The notes beneath the pieces are model-generated. The model saw nothing but the letters and a program-made list of their open reading frames with translations. It had not been told where the DNA came from and made no database searches. The position numbers were made by a program, and so were the translations under genes. A stretch of 64,000 nt of DNA from Oscillospiraceae bacterium (GTDB lineage Bacteria; Bacillota; Clostridia; Oscillospirales; Oscillospiraceae), in assembly GCA_017465025.1 (NCBI GenBank), contig JAFTXM010000113.1:626-64625 (forward strand), written 5' to 3'. Within the stretch, counting starts at the first letter, position 1. Each line of letters begins with the position of its first letter. Shown piece after piece: positions 60,686 to 64,000 of this stretch.

Positions 60686-60720
60686 GGATGTATTTCTTAC
60701 ATCTTAGGCACTCTGAAGCC
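60686..60720 (+). repeat. att-like 35-bp repeat, copy 1 (GGATGTATTTCTTACATCTTAGGCACTCTGAAGCC)
   Basis: Imperfect direct repeat of 60752-60785. Contains the dyad ATGTA-N6-TACAT. Lies exactly at the SASP break. Confidence 0.7.
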
Positions 60721-60751
60721 GCATGAATACTGGGTTCTGAAAATGCCATGC

Positions 60752-60785
60752 GGATGTATTTTTTACATCTTAAAGGTTTGAAGCC
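60752..60785 (+). repeat. att-like repeat, copy 2 (GGATGTATTTTTTACATCTTAAAGGTTTGAAGCC)
   Basis: Ends 2 nt before the recombinase stop codon. Confidence 0.7.
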
Positions 60786-60787
60786 CC

Positions 60788-62458
60788 TTATGCGGGCTCA
60801 TTTTTCAAAATTTCAGGCCTTTCACCGATGAACTTGTAGTAGATATGGATGGTCTGCTCATAGGGTATTTTGCTCCTTGCGTGGACCTCCACCCCCGGCG
60901 GATAACGCTTGGGCTCGATCTCAATGCGCTCGATGAAGGTGCTGAGAAGCTCCGGAGTCAGTCGGTCAATACGGCTGTATCGCTCGGTCAGGGCAAAGAA
61001 ACGGTCATAGGCCGCCTTGGTCTCATCAACCTCCTGTTTCTGGGACTCAAGATCCTTTATCGTCTTCGCAATGTCGTCGCTCTCCGCCTTGTACTTGTCC
61101 AGAAGCCTGTGGGCTCTGTCCTCTTCGATACGGCCAGCGTACATATCCTCATAGATCTTCATGGTTAGCCCGTCAATGGCATCCAGACGCTCATTGCAGG
61201 CGGCGATACGCTTTTCTAGTTCACGCCTTACGGTCATATCCCCGGCGGCCTCCATGGCCTCAAGGGTTATTTTCCGTTTCTGCTCATCGGTGAGACTGAT
61301 AAGCTCGTTAAGCTCGTTTAGGATGGCCTGACTGAGAATATCGTACTTTATTCTTGCGCCGTGTTCGCAGTGGTTCTTGCTGCGCTTGGGTATATTCTGG
61401 CAGGTGAGATACCAGTACTTTTCCCGTTCACCGTTGTAGACCGTGCCGCTGCTGCACATGGCAGCACCGCAGCTGGCACAGTAGCTGATGCCGCCGAACA
61501 CGCTTTTTCGCACATGCTCGTACTGCTCGTTCTCCTTGCGCCGTTTCCCCAGATACTTCGTGGATCTCTCATAGATTTCCGGACTGACAAGAGGCTCATG
61601 GGTGTTGAGGGTAATACGCCACTGATCTTTCGGAAGGTCCAGCTTCACGTCAGATTTTGGGCTGACCTTCTTTGTCCTGCCCAGTACGGTGTGACCCAGA
61701 TACACGGGCGCTTTCAGTATGCGCTTTACAGTTGTGTTGTTCCACTCGTTGCTCATAATGGCGGCATTGCCTGAGTTTATACCCTCCAGTTTGAGCACGC
61801 GGTATTTAAGCGGGGGATAGATGTGGTCCTTTGTAAGCGCTTCGGCAATTGCCCATGTAGAGTAGCCTTTGGCGGCCATACTGAAGATGCGTTTTACTAC
61901 CGGCGCAGTCTCTTCATCGGGTATCAGCAAATGATTATTGTCCGGGCTTTTTTTGTAGCCGTAGGGGGCACGGAAGCAATATTCACCTCTGTCCATCATG
62001 GTGTGAAGTGCAGTCTTGATTTTCTTGGATGAATCCCTCAGATATACGTCATTGATTGCAAATTGGAAAGGGGCGAGGAAGTTGTCCTCTTCCGAGTCAA
62101 AGTTATCGTATATGGCAAGGTAACGTATACCGCGTTCAGGGAAGTAGCGCTCAGCGTAGTAGCTGGACTCACTCATGTCACGGCCCAGACGGGAAAGGTC
62201 TTTGGTGATAACCATGTTGACCTTGCTGTCCTTGTCCAGAGCCTGAAGCATGGCCTTGAAGCCGGGGCGGTTGAAGTTGCCGCCGGAGTAGTCATCGTCC
62301 ACAAACTCGTTTGCAATGATGATGTTGTGGGTCTTGCAGTAGTTTTCCAGTATTTTGCGCTGGTTGGTGATACTTCCGGATTCACCCTGTCGCTTATCCT
62401 CGTTTGAAAGCCTGAGATATATAAATGCTATGGAAATAACCTGTCTGAATTTTTTCAT
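60788..62458 (-). CDS. large serine recombinase
   Basis: N-terminal resolvase domain (IYLRLSNED...SITNQ...LSRLGRD), recombinase domain, Cys zinc-ribbon (CASCGAAMC...C) and coiled coil. 556 aa. Confidence 0.92.
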   Translation of the reverse strand: MKKFRQVISIAFIYLRLSNEDKRQGESGSITNQRKILENYCKTHNIIIANEFVDDDYSGGNFNRPGFKAMLQALDKDSKVNMVITKDLSRLGRDMSESSYYAERYFPERGIRYLAIYDNFDSEEDNFLAPFQFAINDVYLRDSSKKIKTALHTMMDRGEYCFRAPYGYKKSPDNNHLLIPDEETAPVVKRIFSMAAKGYSTWAIAEALTKDHIYPPLKYRVLKLEGINSGNAAIMSNEWNNTTVKRILKAPVYLGHTVLGRTKKVSPKSDVKLDLPKDQWRITLNTHEPLVSPEIYERSTKYLGKRRKENEQYEHVRKSVFGGISYCASCGAAMCSSGTVYNGEREKYWYLTCQNIPKRSKNHCEHGARIKYDILSQAILNELNELISLTDEQKRKITLEAMEAAGDMTVRRELEKRIAACNERLDAIDGLTMKIYEDMYAGRIEEDRAHRLLDKYKAESDDIAKTIKDLESQKQEVDETKAAYDRFFALTERYSRIDRLTPELLSTFIERIEIEPKRYPPGVEVHARSKIPYEQTIHIYYKFIGERPEILKNEPA

Positions 62459-62476
62459 TGCTGTTGGTCAGCCCTC

Positions 62477-62677
62477 CTAAACTGACGCAGCATTTTGTCT
62501 TAAATTCATGCTTATTTTACCATTTCTCTGGCTTTTTGTCAAAAAATCAGGCTCTTTTGAATCTCTTACCACAGCTTTTTTTATAACGTCCTCCGGGGAC
62601 GCTTTCTCTGTAAAATGTCTGCAAATGCTGATGGTTCCATTGTCCATCAGATATTGCCGGGTCTGCGTATTTTCCAT
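62477..62677 (-). CDS. hypothetical small protein upstream of the recombinase
   Basis: 66-aa ORF, 18 nt upstream of the recombinase gene and on the same strand. No motif recognised. Confidence 0.4.
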   Translation of the reverse strand: MENTQTRQYLMDNGTISICRHFTEKASPEDVIKKAVVRDSKEPDFLTKSQRNGKISMNLRQNAASV

Positions 62678-62878
62678 AAGTTCCCTCCCCGGATATTATG
62701 CCCATTACGGCACATTTATAGTTTTGGGTTGAAAATTTTCCCCTACACACGCTAATACGCGCCGGTACTTCAATTCCGGAAAACTTTCGCCAAAACTTCC
62801 GGGAATGGTATGAAAATAGTGCCGAATAGATATAATTCGGCACAGGGCATAGAAAAGAAAATAAGGAGCTCAGGCTCC

Positions 62879-63196
62879 TTATTTGTCGTTATCATGGCTC
62901 ATTGCTTTGAGCATTTGTAAAGCGGCAGCTTTCTGACTTGGTGTCAGGCAAATCCACGAGTCGAATAGCTCTTTTACATCCGGTGTAAGCTCTACCATAT
63001 CAGTATCGGCAAAGAACTGAGACATAGTGATGCCGAATCCCTTGCATATCGTCACAAGGGTCGCCACAGAGGGAACTGTATTTCTACGGAATATATTGCC
63101 AATGGTAGAGTGTGCCAATCCACATTCTTTTGACAGCTTGTACTCAGTCCATCCGCGCTCACGCAAAAGCTGCTGGAGACGTGCGTACGTATCCAT
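62879..63196 (-). CDS. XRE-family helix-turn-helix transcriptional regulator
   Basis: LLRERGWTEYKLSKECGLAHSTIGNIFRRNTVPSVATLVTICKGFGITMSQFF. Confidence 0.85.
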   Translation of the reverse strand: MDTYARLQQLLRERGWTEYKLSKECGLAHSTIGNIFRRNTVPSVATLVTICKGFGITMSQFFADTDMVELTPDVKELFDSWICLTPSQKAAALQMLKAMSHDNDK

Positions 63197-63311
63197 AGCA
63201 TCACCACCTTTCTTATAACTATTTTACGTCCAAGATGAGATGTATTATACTTATGATGTGTAGCGCAAATACAACTCAAGTAGGATATAAAATGTTAGGG
63301 AGTGATGCCAT

Positions 63312-63800
63312 GTGACAGAAATAGAAAAGCGAATGCACCGCTGCTGTTTTACCGGACACAGACCTGAAAAACTTACACGTGGAGAGACATATATTAAGAG
63401 AGCGCTTGAGCGTCAGATAAAAACAGCCATTGATGATGGATTGTATGTATTTATCACAGGAATGGCGAGGGGAGTCGACCTATGGGCGGCTCAGATAGTG
63501 CTGAAGCTGAGAAGGAATAACAGTAGTATCCGACTTATATGTGCTTGCCCATTTGAGGGATTTGAAAATGGTTGGAGCTCTGTATGGCGGGACCAGTATA
63601 GGAAAGTGTTGCAGGAAGCAGACCTTGTGAGATATATCTGTGAAGGCTATAATAGATACTGCTTTCAGAAAAGAAACGAGTGGATGATTGATCACGCAGC
63701 CAGAGTTATTGCAGTTTTCAACGGAGAAAGCGGCGGAACAAAGAATACTATTTATTATGCGAGAAAGTGCGGCGTGCCGGTCGTGATTATTGATGGGTAA
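63312..63800 (+). CDS. SLOG-fold DUF1273 (YspA-like) family protein
   Basis: CCFTGHRPEKL...FITGMARGVDLWAAQIVL...GGTKNTI pattern. GTG start. Confidence 0.75.
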   Translation: MTEIEKRMHRCCFTGHRPEKLTRGETYIKRALERQIKTAIDDGLYVFITGMARGVDLWAAQIVLKLRRNNSSIRLICACPFEGFENGWSSVWRDQYRKVLQEADLVRYICEGYNRYCFQKRNEWMIDHAARVIAVFNGESGGTKNTIYYARKCGVPVVIIDG

Positions 63801-63907
63801 GGCTTGTGTTTATACGAAAGGATGGTTTGATGATAATTGGACTGACAAATGATGCGAAGTGTGCTACTAAGTTAGACCACGAAAATGGCATTACGTCAGG
63901 ATGTACT

Positions 63908-64000
63908 ATGCACATTACGTACATGAATAGAGATGAGATTTGTACCATAATAGATGTGGATTTTCTTAATGAGAAAATCTGGATACAAAACAAGACGGAT
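63908..64000 (+). CDS. partial ORF running off the window (unknown function)
   Basis: The frame MHITYMNRDEICTIIDVDFLNEKIWIQNKTD stays open to the window edge. Confidence 0.25.
   Translation, partial: MHITYMNRDEICTIIDVDFLNEKIWIQNKTD

Larger units (their letters stand above)
60686..64000. mobile_element. left end of an integrated element (prophage/ICE-like or sporulation-gene intervening element); continues beyond the window
   Basis: Starts where SASP homology breaks. The large serine recombinase reads toward the junction, followed by XRE HTH and SLOG/DUF1273 genes typical of clostridial mobile elements. Confidence 0.7.

Overview
The window is about 55% GC and looks like the chromosome of a spore-forming Clostridia (Oscillospiraceae/Ruminococcaceae-like). 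That taxonomic placement is inference from gene content and composition only.

**Layout**
- 1-7 kb: a dcw-type cell-division cluster, mraY-ftsW-murG-murA-ftsQ-ftsZ.
- 7-12 kb: an iron locus with yihY, a FeoB-associated Cys-rich peptide, feoB, two feoA genes and a divergent ferritin-like/VIT1 gene. Three GTTAGC-N4-GCTAAC palindromes lie in this locus.
- 12-13.4 kb: tRNA-Leu, a GH25 lysozyme, and tRNA-Thr plus tRNA-Tyr.
- 13.3-29.6 kb: a 16.3-kb integrative mobilizable element (IME) inserted in the 3' end of tRNA-Tyr.
- 29.9-60.5 kb: ordinary housekeeping genes. These include a radical SAM/MFS operon, prfC, cobB, tmk, mltG, a U32 peptidase, T-box-alaS, HIT, comEC, holA, tRNA-Arg, a MacB-like ABC fusion, hypA with an Fe-S flavoprotein, CYTH, rplU-rpmA and obg.
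- 60.56 kb to the window end: the 3' half of an alpha/beta-type SASP gene abutting one end of a second element that carries a large serine recombinase.

**The tRNA-Tyr IME**
- It is bounded by a 25-bp direct repeat.
- Its backbone has a tyrosine integrase, an Xis-like HTH, a RepA-like AAA ATPase and a MobV relaxase.

**Main find**
The IME cargo is one roughly 10.8-kb operon of five genes:
- an RHH regulator;
- two paralogous proteins (1691 aa and 957 aa) with the order zinc ribbon, TIR, coiled coil, single TM helix, then predicted external RCC1-like beta-propellers. This topology resembles a Toll-like receptor;
- an SPFH/Band-7 protein flanked by 3+3 zinc ribbons;
- a translationally coupled 4-TM protein.

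I interpret this as a candidate undescribed TIR-based membrane-surveillance or anti-phage system.

All domain calls come from reading motifs by eye. No searches were run.
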